Of a stretch of DNA of 25,310 nt, positions 7,203 to 15,747 are shown one piece after another. The notes under the pieces are model-generated. The model saw only the letters and a program-made list of their open reading frames with translations. It searched no databases and was not told where the DNA came from. The translations under genes and the position numbers were made by a program. The stretch's first letter is position 1. Every line of letters begins with the position of its first letter. Source of the stretch: a virus (lineage: Duplodnaviria; Caudoviricetes); the IMG/VR virus record IMGVR_UViG_3300035101_000029, positions 1 to 25,310 of that record. The stretch is one strand, 5' to 3'.

Positions 7203-7483
7203 TTTATATATGCCCAATTTTCATATAATTTTGTATTGTAATCCTTCATTTGATATTTTCTTTTTGAAGAATTAAAATAATATTCATAGTTATAATTTAA
7301 GTTATCGGTTATGCAAGTCGCAAATATTTTTTCATATGTAAAATTATTTTCTATATTTAGTTTGTTAATTATGCTTTTAATTGATTGGAAATTGCCCAAA
7401 TTTTCAATTTTTAATTTAGGACTTAGAATTAATAGTCCTTTTTCTTTTAATCTGTTAATTAGCAAAATTCTTAATATTTTCAT
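7199..7483 (-). CDS. hypothetical protein (94 aa)
   Basis: AAGGAG RBS, packed in the - operon. Confidence 0.6.
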   Translation of the reverse strand: MKILRILLINRLKEKGLLILSPKLKIENLGNFQSIKSIINKLNIENNFTYEKIFATCITDNLNYNYEYYFNSSKRKYQMKDYNTKLYENWAYIK

Positions 7484-7488
7484 AGGTA

Positions 7489-7854
7489 TTATTCTCCTTT
7501 AGGTAATTTTGTATTGTGAATACTTTGAATCAATCTTAATGCATATCCAATCAATTCATCTTCTTTATTACCGGCAATGTCTAAATTATTAAATAATTCT
7601 TTAACTTTTTTTAGTTCATAATTTGTCTTATCAGATAAAATAATAAAATTCGGATTTTCTTTTAATTTATAAATTTCTTCTATAGTTAAATCTTTTTTAT
7701 ATTTATTTGGTTTAATATCAATTTTATAAAGTAAATAAAAATGATCTTCTAAAATTTTATTAATATAATCATCAATACTTTCATTAGATTTTCTATTTTT
7801 TAATATCTTATCTAATAAATTATTTTCTATGGCTATTTTACCTTCCTTTCTCAT
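7489..7854 (-). CDS. hypothetical protein, N-terminus possibly ribbon-helix-helix-like
   Basis: TAATG coupling; KIAIENNLLDKILKNRKSNESIDDYINKILE resembles RHH-like patterns (weak). Confidence 0.6.
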   Translation of the reverse strand: MRKEGKIAIENNLLDKILKNRKSNESIDDYINKILEDHFYLLYKIDIKPNKYKKDLTIEEIYKLKENPNFIILSDKTNYELKKVKELFNNLDIAGNKEDELIGYALRLIQSIHNTKLPKGE

Positions 7855-8192
7855 TAATCATCATTCCTTTCAATATTTTTAATATTTAGATAACTTTCAT
7901 TACTTATATAAGTATTTGTTGAGTCAGTTTTATATTGTTTTTTCCGCATATCTTTTAAACAATGATCAATTAAGCTTCCTTCTTTAAATAAATGATCATT
8001 AGAATTATAATGACCTGTATATTCATTTTTTTTATTTTCTTTTGCTGGTGTATAATTATTAACCGCTGAAAATAAAAATTGATTTTCTGAAAAAATAATA
8101 AAAACTGGTCCTAATATCGGGTGAAAAGCTGATCCATAAATTTTTATTTTACGTTTAGTGCTTTTATCTCTTACTTCAAATAAATAATTCAA
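7854..8192 (-). CDS. hypothetical protein (112 aa)
   Basis: GAGGTG RBS, TTG start overlapping the upstream stop. Confidence 0.6.
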   Translation of the reverse strand: MNYLFEVRDKSTKRKIKIYGSAFHPILGPVFIIFSENQFLFSAVNNYTPAKENKKNEYTGHYNSNDHLFKEGSLIDHCLKDMRKKQYKTDSTNTYISNESYLNIKNIERNDD

Positions 8193-8590
8193 AATATCAC
8201 CTCAATTTTTTTTATTTCTCCATATATTACAGCTCTTTGTCCGCATTTAATACAATAGAAATATTCTGTAAATGGAATAATACTCTTAACACTTAATGGA
8301 TCTGATTGAGTTCTTAACTCAAAACAATTTATTGATTCCTCTTTTCTATAAATCATATAATTAGTTCCACATTGGCATTTATAAATAATTTTATTATCTA
8401 TTTCTATGATTTTTATTTTATCTTCAGCTAATAAAATAAAAAATTCATCTAAAGAATATCCTGTATTTTTTTTAAATTCTTCAATCTTTCTTTTTGCGGA
8501 TGATTCTATTAAAAATTTAAAAATTTTATCTCTTTTTTCATCATCTTTTAAAGCTTCAAAAAACTTTTCTTTTTCAGTCATTAATATCAT
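8189..8590 (-). CDS. hypothetical protein with C-terminal Zn ribbon
   Basis: CQCG…CIKCG; GAGG RBS; exact start uncertain. Confidence 0.6.
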   Translation of the reverse strand: MILMTEKEKFFEALKDDEKRDKIFKFLIESSAKRKIEEFKKNTGYSLDEFFILLAEDKIKIIEIDNKIIYKCQCGTNYMIYRKEESINCFELRTQSDPLSVKSIIPFTEYFYCIKCGQRAVIYGEIKKIEVIF

Positions 8591-8813
8591 CCTCTTTCTG
8601 ATCTAATATAAATAATTGTTCTTGGTTAATCCCAAAGTAATCACATAGTTTTTTTCTTATCTGATATTTTGGATAAGCCTTATCATTTTCAATTCTTCTT
8701 ATCCAATCACGACTTATATTTAATTCTTCAGATAGTTCTTTTTGGGTTATATTCTTCCAAACTCTATAACCTTTTAATTTATTATTCATTGTTCTTATTC
8801 TTTGTTTTAACAT
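8574..8813 (-). CDS. XRE-family helix-turn-helix regulator (Cro-like)
   Basis: LKGYRVWKNITQKELSEELNISRDWIRRIENDKAYP…LCDYFG; AGGAG RBS. Confidence 0.9.
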   Translation of the reverse strand: MLKQRIRTMNNKLKGYRVWKNITQKELSEELNISRDWIRRIENDKAYPKYQIRKKLCDYFGINQEQLFILDQKEDDIND

Positions 8814-8814
8814 T

Positions 8815-8982
8815 TTAATCAGCTCCTATATATTTCATAATTTTTTTGTTAAAATCTTCAATTTCTTTTATTTTTAATTTACATAAATTACATTTCATAC
8901 ATAATATATCTTGTTTTATATATTTTTTTAATTTATGACAATAAGTTAAATTTTCTTTAATTGATAAAATTCTTAAATCCAT
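8815..8982 (-). CDS. small Cys-containing hypothetical protein (55 aa, MDLRILSIKENLTYCHKLKKYIKQDILCMKCNLCK…), below the ORF-track cutoff
   Basis: Manual translation; exactly fills the gap between neighbouring genes; AGG RBS. Confidence 0.55.
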   Translation of the reverse strand: MDLRILSIKENLTYCHKLKKYIKQDILCMKCNLCKLKIKEIEDFNKKIMKYIGAD

Positions 8983-9005
8983 GATTTAACCTACTTTCAA
9001 TTAGA

Positions 9006-9260
9006 CTATTTTTGATTTCCAAAAGCCTTTTTTAATATATCCATATTGTCTTTTCTTAAAAATTCAAATTTTCCGAATTGTGTTTCAAAAAATATATATT
9101 TATAGTTTAAACCTATATTTTTTATTGTATTTATATCAATATGAATGCTAAAGTCCATTGCATTCTCAGCAATACAAATTTCGTTATTATATATATCAAG
9201 ATAAAAACGGTCATCAAGCTGATTTGATTTTAAAAACTTTTCAATAGTTTGTTTATTCAT
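9006..9260 (-). CDS. hypothetical protein (84 aa)
   Basis: AAGGGG RBS, operon context. Confidence 0.65.
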   Translation of the reverse strand: MNKQTIEKFLKSNQLDDRFYLDIYNNEICIAENAMDFSIHIDINTIKNIGLNYKYIFFETQFGKFEFLRKDNMDILKKAFGNQK

Positions 9261-9276
9261 AATTTTTTCATCCCCT

Positions 9277-9633
9277 TTATATATTTATATTTAAATAGAC
9301 TTTATTTATATCATTCTGAGTATATTTTTTTTCAGGTAATACAGGTAGTTTTTTATTATAAGTAGGCTTATATTTATAAATGTAATATAATTCTTTATAT
9401 GCTAAATCATAACTTTTTGTATTATTAGGCATTTCTTCTAATATTATAAATTTAAAATATTCTGCTTTAAATTTATTAAAATCAGCTTGTAATTTTTTAT
9501 TTTTATGTTTATTTTCTTTTAATTTACTAAAATGATTATATTTTCGTCTTTCTAAATCTTTACTACTACCAATATAAAAGCTATTGGTCTTTATATTTAA
9601 TATTTTATATATTCCTAATTTTGTTTTTTCCAT
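9277..9633 (-). CDS. GIY-YIG endonuclease (free-standing, catalytic domain with short tail)
   Basis: GIYKILNIKTNSFYIGSS, RR..H, conserved E (ILEE/KELYY) and YN motifs. Confidence 0.9.
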   Translation of the reverse strand: MEKTKLGIYKILNIKTNSFYIGSSKDLERRKYNHFSKLKENKHKNKKLQADFNKFKAEYFKFIILEEMPNNTKSYDLAYKELYYIYKYKPTYNKKLPVLPEKKYTQNDINKVYLNINI

Positions 9634-9657
9634 AATTTTAAATTTTCCTTTTCTTCT

Positions 9658-10272
9658 TTAGTCAATTAGATCATCAATATTGTGATAGCATTTAAGCTTA
9701 TCAAAACGTTCCTCTATCTTATTTAATTTAATAAATATATCCTCTAAGTCTTTAGTTAATATATTTATTTTCTTGCTATCAAAACAATACATATTTTCTA
9801 ATTCATCAATTATATTTTGTTTTTTGCAATTAAATTGAATTTTCAATTCATCAATTTCATTAATTATACAGTCATAAGTATAGTTATAAACAATGCGGCA
9901 TAAGTCACTTAATCCTAATTGAAATACAAGAACTTCTTTTTCATTATCAGAATTTTCAAAAGCAAAATCGTCATCTTGAATAAATGATTCAATAGGAAAT
10001 CTAATCATATAATTATTAAAATATTCTTTGTAGGTATATTTTAATTTTCTTAAATAATCTATAAAGGCATTTGCTAAAATAGAATATTTAATTTCTACGC
10101 TTTTAATTCTTTCAAAATCATAGTTATTCTTTATTTCTACATGTTCGTTATTTCCTAACCATTCGATTTTTGGTGTTTCTTGAAGATTTGAAAATTCTTG
10201 TATTCCCAATCTTTCCAAATCTTTTAATTTTAAATCTTCAATCATTAAGTTAAAATTTAGTTGTATTTTCAT
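9658..10272 (-). CDS. hypothetical acidic protein (204 aa)
   Basis: GAGGAG RBS; no recognisable motif. Confidence 0.7.
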   Translation of the reverse strand: MKIQLNFNLMIEDLKLKDLERLGIQEFSNLQETPKIEWLGNNEHVEIKNNYDFERIKSVEIKYSILANAFIDYLRKLKYTYKEYFNNYMIRFPIESFIQDDDFAFENSDNEKEVLVFQLGLSDLCRIVYNYTYDCIINEIDELKIQFNCKKQNIIDELENMYCFDSKKINILTKDLEDIFIKLNKIEERFDKLKCYHNIDDLID

Positions 10273-10326
10273 AATATAATCTCCTCTATTTTTATAATTT
10301 TATAAATTAGGAAGCTAAGAATTATC

Positions 10327-12432
10327 TTAGCAATCCTCCTTGAATTCTGATATCATTCTTTCTTTTAGAAATGTATTTCTTTTTTCCCTGTTGTTTCTTT
10401 CAACAATTTTCTCGGTTGTTTGTTTATTACTAAGATAAATAACTGTTTGCTTTCCTCTTGTGATTCCTGTATAAAGTATTCTTGAATCCATAAATGGTGA
10501 ATCTTGATTCATTATAATCACGATATATTTAAATTCTGATCCTTGTAATTTGTGAATTGTAGAGCAATACGCCAATTGAAAATTTTTAACAGTTTCGGAA
10601 TTTTTCTTATAACAAACAGTTCTGTCTAAATCATTATAAAATACAGAAAATGTTGTTTTATCTTCATCAGAGATACGACCACTTTCTCCATTCATTATTT
10701 CATTTTCTCTGTCATTTTTTATACACATTATTTTGTCTCCCTTATCAAAGGGAAACCATTTTGATAATTTATCTTTTTCTTTTACAGGATTTATTTGTTT
10801 TTTCAACATTTCATTAATTTTATTCACGCCAGTAGCACCCTTTTTAATTGGTGCAATAAATTGTACATCAGAATAAAATTTATCTATATTATCGTATTTT
10901 TCTAGTAAATAATTAAAGAAATATAATATTGAATCCTTGCAATTAGAATCATTAACAGCTTTACAATAAAAGTCTTTCTTTTTAATTGATGTATCGAATT
11001 GCTTATTATCATTTACTAAAGTTGCAATATCAATAATATTTGAATCACCTTTTTGCCTAAAAACTTTTTGAAGTTTTACACATGGTATTATCTTTGATTC
11101 AATTAAATCATGTAAACAGTTTCCGGGTTGAACGCTTGGCAATTGTCCCGGATCACCAACAAGAATTAACTTTTTAAAGTCAATTGGTGCATCCTCCATC
11201 GTTCTTAATAAATCATAAAATAATTCCGTATCAACCATTGAAAACTCGTCAACAACCATTACAGATTGTCGATAAGTTCCAGAATCTTCAGCAACATTTA
11301 AAAATCTATGTATTGTTGTTGCCAATGATCCAGTTGCTTGCTCCATTCTTCTTGAAGCTTTTCCAGTTGGAGCAGTTAGGAACATTCTAAAATTTAATTC
11401 ATTTAAAATAAATAATGCACATTTTAACAAAGTAGTTTTACCAGTTCCAGCACCACCAGTCAAAATGCTTACCTTGTTATTTACAAGATTTTTGATCCCT
11501 TCAACTTGTAATTTATCAAATTTAATTTTATTGAGCTTTTCAAAATCATTGATAGCTTGATCTATATCATAATTATCAAGAAATTTTATATTAGTTTCTT
11601 TTTCAATAAGCTTTTTTAAGTAATGTGGGATTTTAGTTTCAGCTTCAAACATTGAAACTGTATAAACTTTTTCACCATCAATTTCTAATCTTTCATTTTC
11701 TTCAACAAATTGATCTACATTCTTTATATTTAAAGATGATAGTTTATCTAATAAATCATCTTTTTCAATAAAGCAATTACCCATTGAAGTATAATATTTT
11801 ACAACATATTCAACTAAATATTTTAGCCTAATAGGATTATCTTGCTTGATTCCTAATCCTAAACCAATACGGTCTGTATATTTAAATCCAAATCCAGCAT
11901 TTTCGATTAAGATTTTATAAGGGTTTGATTTGAATTCATCAATACCATTTTCTAGGTTTTCGACTAACTCATTTATTGATTTTATTTTAGTCGGGCTAAT
12001 CTTATTGCCTAATAGCATGTTTAATTCTTTAAAGACTTCCATAGATTCGAGTTTTTGAAGTCCTTCACGAATTAATAATACAGTTGCAGACCCAACACCT
12101 TTAATTTTTGGGTAATCTTCCGTTTTAAAAATATTAATATCCTCAACCTCACTTAATATTTTTTCGGCTGTTTTTGACTTTATCCCGGGTATTGAACAAA
12201 GCAAATTGCTTTTAGCTTGTTTGGAATTATAGTCAAATTCTTCATACTTACATTGAAATGATTTTTGACCTTTATAATTTCCCATTGTTCCGACTAAAGT
12301 CTTTTCGCCCTCCGTAAGCTCAAATCCATCAGCTTTTACACTGACTGATTCGTCGCCAACCCATCCAGCATAAATCCGAAAATCGCCATTTCTGAATATT
12401 TCTCTTTCAATTTCAATATTTATCTTTTCCAT
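10327..12432 (-). CDS. recD2: RecD2-like (RecD/TraA family) SF1B helicase
   Basis: HhH motifs (IPGIKSKTA, IKGVGSATV), NPY…GFGFKYTD, Walker A GGAGTGKTT, APTGKAS, VDEFSM, GDPGQLPSV, FRQ, AYCSTIHKLQGSEF, LYTGITRGK. Confidence 0.92.
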   Translation of the reverse strand: MEKINIEIEREIFRNGDFRIYAGWVGDESVSVKADGFELTEGEKTLVGTMGNYKGQKSFQCKYEEFDYNSKQAKSNLLCSIPGIKSKTAEKILSEVEDINIFKTEDYPKIKGVGSATVLLIREGLQKLESMEVFKELNMLLGNKISPTKIKSINELVENLENGIDEFKSNPYKILIENAGFGFKYTDRIGLGLGIKQDNPIRLKYLVEYVVKYYTSMGNCFIEKDDLLDKLSSLNIKNVDQFVEENERLEIDGEKVYTVSMFEAETKIPHYLKKLIEKETNIKFLDNYDIDQAINDFEKLNKIKFDKLQVEGIKNLVNNKVSILTGGAGTGKTTLLKCALFILNELNFRMFLTAPTGKASRRMEQATGSLATTIHRFLNVAEDSGTYRQSVMVVDEFSMVDTELFYDLLRTMEDAPIDFKKLILVGDPGQLPSVQPGNCLHDLIESKIIPCVKLQKVFRQKGDSNIIDIATLVNDNKQFDTSIKKKDFYCKAVNDSNCKDSILYFFNYLLEKYDNIDKFYSDVQFIAPIKKGATGVNKINEMLKKQINPVKEKDKLSKWFPFDKGDKIMCIKNDRENEIMNGESGRISDEDKTTFSVFYNDLDRTVCYKKNSETVKNFQLAYCSTIHKLQGSEFKYIVIIMNQDSPFMDSRILYTGITRGKQTVIYLSNKQTTEKIVERNNREKRNTFLKERMISEFKEDC

Positions 12433-12474
12433 AATCTGCCTCCAAATTCATTTTTTTAATTCTTCTATGACTCT

Positions 12475-12503
12475 ATTATATTACATTGAACATTTCTTGT
12501 CAA
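12475..12503 (-). promoter_or_regulatory. Consensus sigma-A promoter for the recD2 operon
   Basis: Minus strand TTGACA-17 nt-TATAAT upstream of the GGAGG RBS of recD2. Confidence 0.85.
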
Positions 12504-12542
12504 CTAGTATGTTAAATGTAATATAATTACACTAATTAATAT

Positions 12543-12568
12543 AAAAAAAATAAGCCGAAGCTTATTTT
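12543..12568 (-). terminator. Intrinsic terminator with UUCG tetraloop
   Basis: Minus strand AAAATAAGC-TTCG-GCTTATTTTTTTT overlapping the stop of 12562-12837. Confidence 0.85.
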
Positions 12569-12837
12569 AAAATTCTATAAGTTAATTTTATTTTTAATTG
12601 TGTCTTGTAAAATAATATTAATTTTGCTATATTATCATTTGGATATTTAAAACATTTTTTAAATATTTTTTCAGATGGTGTAAGATATTTTGAATTTTCA
12701 ATTTTTTCTTTATTCTTTAAATACCAATGTTTGAATTCTATGAAATTGATATTATGACGGAATATTAATTTCATAGAATCATTATCTAAATTAATAGAAT
12801 TAGAGTTTTTTTTAATTGATTTATTCATACTAATCAA
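12562..12837 (-). CDS. hypothetical protein
   Basis: Operon context, ends in a terminator; start uncertain (12837 or 12828). Confidence 0.55.
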   Translation of the reverse strand: MISMNKSIKKNSNSINLDNDSMKLIFRHNINFIEFKHWYLKNKEKIENSKYLTPSEKIFKKCFKYPNDNIAKLILFYKTQLKIKLTYRILK

Positions 12838-13003
12838 GCCTTTCTATAGTAATTTTATTTTCTGATTCTTGATATAAAATAAATATATCATTTTCAGATA
12901 GATTCATTTTTTTTATAAGATGTATAGGAATAGTTACAACAAAACTATTCCCAACTTTTCTTATTCTTTTTTGAATACTATTTTTTCGTTTTATCTTTTT
13001 CAT
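12830..13003 (-). CDS. AbrB/MazE/SpoVT-like DNA-binding protein (57 aa)
   Basis: KRIRKVGNSFVVTIPIHLIKKMNLSEND…KITIE; AAGGAGG RBS supports the start at 13003 rather than 13078. Confidence 0.8.
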   Translation of the reverse strand: MKKIKRKNSIQKRIRKVGNSFVVTIPIHLIKKMNLSENDIFILYQESENKITIERLD

Positions 13004-14096
13004 TAGTTTTTTCCTCCTTCTTTTCCTGCTTTTTTTCATTAGTTTTTTGCGTTTTATTAGTTTCTTTTTTATTATCATTATCTTTGTTAGTCTTTTTATT
13101 ATCTGTAGTTTCTAGGTTATTTTTACTATCTTCTTTCTTATACTCCATTTCAATTACCTTTTCTTCATTCTTATTATTTGATTTTTTTTCAAGTTCTTTC
13201 TTTTCATAGAGTGAAATTGTTTGTTTTATTCCTTCGATCACAAAACTTAATTTGTTTTTAGGAATATTCGATAAGACAGTTTTTTCTTTTAATTTGTCTT
13301 GTTGAATTAATTTTTTTATAACATATTCAATTATTCTATATTCATCCTCACTATTTAATTTTAGAATATTTGATCTCATTGCTTTATAAATATTATCTAT
13401 ATCTTTTTGATTAATATTAATATCTTCATTTGTTATATTATTTATATTATTATTATCATCAATTGGAATATCAATAATATTTTCTGGATTTGTTTCAACT
13501 CCTATTTCTTCCGAGCTATAAACACCCTTAAAGTCTTTTGTAAATAATTTTCTAGCTCCTGAAGCTATAGCACATTTTACAATCATGGTTGCGGGCATTT
13601 CTGCCCAATTTTTTAATGGTTTTGTTTTTTGACTTTTTTTATCATAATATTCTTTATAAAACTCAGAGAACGTAACACTCCATTCAAATTCTCTTTTCCA
13701 ATCTTTTCTTTGGGCTTTAAACCATGCCCCAACTATCTGTTCGCCATGATTTTTAAGATAAAATGTTCCTGTTCTTTCAGTCACATTGTTATCTTTTAAC
13801 AAAATTAATCCGGCTGTCCATCCTTCACACATTGGATGCTCATCCAATCTATTAGTGAATACATCAATGCCAACAACCATTTGGACATTATCCCCAAACT
13901 TAATTAAATGTGCCTCGCCAAGAAATGGGTTTAACCTCTGATATTGACACAATTTAATGAATGAATATATCTCCATTTCACTAAAATCTTTGCCTTTAGC
14001 TATTACATTTCTTACTATGTCCAAGCTTAATTGAACATTACCATTTTCACTCTCATAAGTTACATTACAACCTTGTCTAATTAAATTATTATTCAT
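12978..14096 (-). CDS. bet: Phage single-strand annealing recombinase, Bet/RecT family, with a long charged C-terminal tail
   Basis: FIKLCQYQRLNPFLGEAHLIKFG, VGID, GAWFKAQRKDW, NWAEMPATMIVKCA, GVYSSEE. Confidence 0.88.
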   Translation of the reverse strand: MNNNLIRQGCNVTYESENGNVQLSLDIVRNVIAKGKDFSEMEIYSFIKLCQYQRLNPFLGEAHLIKFGDNVQMVVGIDVFTNRLDEHPMCEGWTAGLILLKDNNVTERTGTFYLKNHGEQIVGAWFKAQRKDWKREFEWSVTFSEFYKEYYDKKSQKTKPLKNWAEMPATMIVKCAIASGARKLFTKDFKGVYSSEEIGVETNPENIIDIPIDDNNNINNITNEDININQKDIDNIYKAMRSNILKLNSEDEYRIIEYVIKKLIQQDKLKEKTVLSNIPKNKLSFVIEGIKQTISLYEKKELEKKSNNKNEEKVIEMEYKKEDSKNNLETTDNKKTNKDNDNKKETNKTQKTNEKKQEKKEEKTNEKDKTKK

Positions 14097-14128
14097 ATTC
14101 TTTCTCCCTTCAAGCCTTTATTTAACTC

Positions 14129-14219
14129 TATTATATAATAAAAACATAAAAATGTATATACATTTTAGTAAAATAGTTTAATAGTTTTATTTGACTAATA
14201 TGTAAAATAGTTTTATAAT
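14129..14219. promoter_or_regulatory. Divergent promoter/operator region between bet and the RHH-endolysin operon
   Basis: Plus strand TTGACT-17-TATAAT (14191-14219); minus strand TATACA-17-TATAAT toward bet; 18-bp palindrome AAAATGTATATACATTTT (14149-14166); direct repeats GTAAAATAGTTT (14168-14179, 14202-14213). Confidence 0.7.
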
Positions 14220-14238
14220 TACGGTGGAGGTGATCTTC

Positions 14239-14427
14239 TTGACAAAAGAAAAAGAAACAACTTCGCTAAATGTGCAAATTGAAGATGATTTATATATTGA
14301 ATTTAAACTCATTTGTACTAGAAATAAACTTAAAATAAAAGATGAAGTAAAAAAAGCTATAGAATTATATATAAAAAATTATGAGAAGGGAGAATTTTTA
14401 AAAATTGTTAATAATGAAAATAAATGA
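14239..14427 (+). CDS. Ribbon-helix-helix (Arc/CopG/ParG-like) DNA-binding protein (62 aa)
   Basis: GGAGGTG RBS before TTG 14239; TSLNVQIEDDLYIEFKLICTRNKLKIKDEVKKAIELYI strand-helix-helix pattern. Confidence 0.75.
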   Translation: MTKEKETTSLNVQIEDDLYIEFKLICTRNKLKIKDEVKKAIELYIKNYEKGEFLKIVNNENK

Positions 14428-14749
14428 TAGTCTATTAAATGTTTTAAATTCATTAGTTATTCCAATATACATAGTATTATTAGTTTCGTCATTTTTATTT
14501 GTTGTTTCTAAATTTTTAAAAGCTATATTTGAAATTGATAAATTTAGAAATAAGACTAAATCATTGGTTAAGGATATGGATGAAGCTTATAAATTCATGA
14601 ACGAAACAATTCATCTATTTAAGCATAATCAAAAAAAAATGTCTGAAGAAATGCAAATAATTTCAGAAACAATGGAAAAAATTAAATTAAGACTAGAAAG
14701 TTATCTTAATTTAATTGAAAAAAATAAGAATAATAAAATGGAGGAATGA
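14414..14749 (+). CDS. Membrane protein with one N-terminal TM helix and a coiled-coil tail
   Basis: Hydrophobic VLNSLVIPIYIVLLVSSFLFVVSKFL then a charged helical region; start codon uncertain. Confidence 0.6.
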   Translation: MKINDSLLNVLNSLVIPIYIVLLVSSFLFVVSKFLKAIFEIDKFRNKTKSLVKDMDEAYKFMNETIHLFKHNQKKMSEEMQIISETMEKIKLRLESYLNLIEKNKNNKMEE

Positions 14750-14753
14750 AAAC

Positions 14754-15482
14754 ATGGCAAAAATAGGAATTGATGATGGTCATGGATATAATACCGCAGG
14801 GAAAAGAACTCCTGACGGATACCATGAAAATTATTTTAATGAAAAAGTCAAAAAGTATTTAATTACAGAATTAAAACGTAATGGTTTTAGTTATGTCGAC
14901 TGTAGTCCAATGACATCTGATAATAGTTTGCAAGATAGATGTAATAGGGCTAATAATGCAAAAGTTAATATATTTGTGTCTATTCATGCCAATGCGTATG
15001 GAACAGGATGGAACGGAGCCGACGGAGTAGAAACTTATTATTATCCCGGCAGCACTAGTGGAAAAAAGTTAGCTTCATTAGTTCAAACAGAACTATTAAA
15101 AGGAACTAAACAAGATAATAGAGGTGTAAAAAGTGCTGATTTTTATGTATTAAGAAAAACAGCAATGACAGCAATTTTAGTTGAAGCGGCGTTCATGACA
15201 AATAAAAAAGAAGCTGAACTTTTAAAGTCAAGTGCATTCCAAAAGGAAACAGCTCAAGACATATGCCGCGGTATATGTAAATATTTTAATAAGTCTTATA
15301 AAAAAGAAGCTACAAAACCAAAATCAAATGAAGGTTATACAGGTATTTTAAAACATGGTTTTGACAACGGTTGGTTTACTGGCGAAGACTATGAAGAAAA
15401 AACTAATATTGATTTTGGTAAACTATGTTATATTTTAAGAAATTATGAAAGTTATTTAAAAAAGAAATATAATTTGAAATAA
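14754..15482 (+). CDS. N-acetylmuramoyl-L-alanine amidase (Amidase_3) endolysin with a short putative cell-wall-binding C-terminus
   Basis: IDDGHG, E(HEN), SIHANA, GVETYY, LVEAAFM Zn/catalytic motifs; GGAGG RBS before ATG 14754. Confidence 0.92.
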   Translation: MAKIGIDDGHGYNTAGKRTPDGYHENYFNEKVKKYLITELKRNGFSYVDCSPMTSDNSLQDRCNRANNAKVNIFVSIHANAYGTGWNGADGVETYYYPGSTSGKKLASLVQTELLKGTKQDNRGVKSADFYVLRKTAMTAILVEAAFMTNKKEAELLKSSAFQKETAQDICRGICKYFNKSYKKEATKPKSNEGYTGILKHGFDNGWFTGEDYEEKTNIDFGKLCYILRNYESYLKKKYNLK

Positions 15483-15489
15483 TATTAAA

Positions 15490-15527
15490 GTAAAAAAATG
15501 AGGAATAATTTTTCCTCATTTTTTTAC
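15490..15527. terminator. Bidirectional terminator between the convergent endolysin and holin genes
   Basis: Perfect 16-bp inverted repeat GTAAAAAAATGAGGAA / TTCCTCATTTTTTTAC. Confidence 0.85.
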
Positions 15528-15551
15528 GCAATAGATCATATACATATTATA

Positions 15552-15743
15552 TCATTTTTTTTCTTTGAAATCAGTTAATAAAAACCCACCAGATGCGATT
15601 AATGATAACACTATGCTAACAATATTATCTATATTATCATTATTAATTTTTATTACATTGCTTTCATTTAAAATAAGAATAATTAAGGTAACTAAGGAAG
15701 CTATAAATTTTTTATTTTTCAAAATATTTTTTAAAACTTTCAT
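15552..15743 (-). CDS. Holin-like protein (63 aa, two TM helices)
   Basis: KNKKFIASLVTLIILIL and IVSIVLSLIASGGFLL, charged C-terminus, at the end of the late operon. Confidence 0.75.
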   Translation of the reverse strand: MKVLKNILKNKKFIASLVTLIILILNESNVIKINNDNIDNIVSIVLSLIASGGFLLTDFKEKK

Positions 15744-15747
15744 ATAA

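Noticed and set aside
6598-11390. Plus-strand ORFs 6598-6786, 7311-7502, 8406-8606, 11184-11390
   Set aside because: Antisense to well-supported minus-strand genes
711-13003. AbrB/MazE-like genes as toxin-antitoxin systems
   Set aside because: Neither is followed by a recognisable MazF/PIN/RelE toxin; 12562-12837 has no toxin motif I can identify
13004-13078. Lys/Arg-rich N-terminal extension of the 82-aa ORF
   Set aside because: Alternate-frame reading of the low-complexity bet tail; the RBS supports the start at 13003
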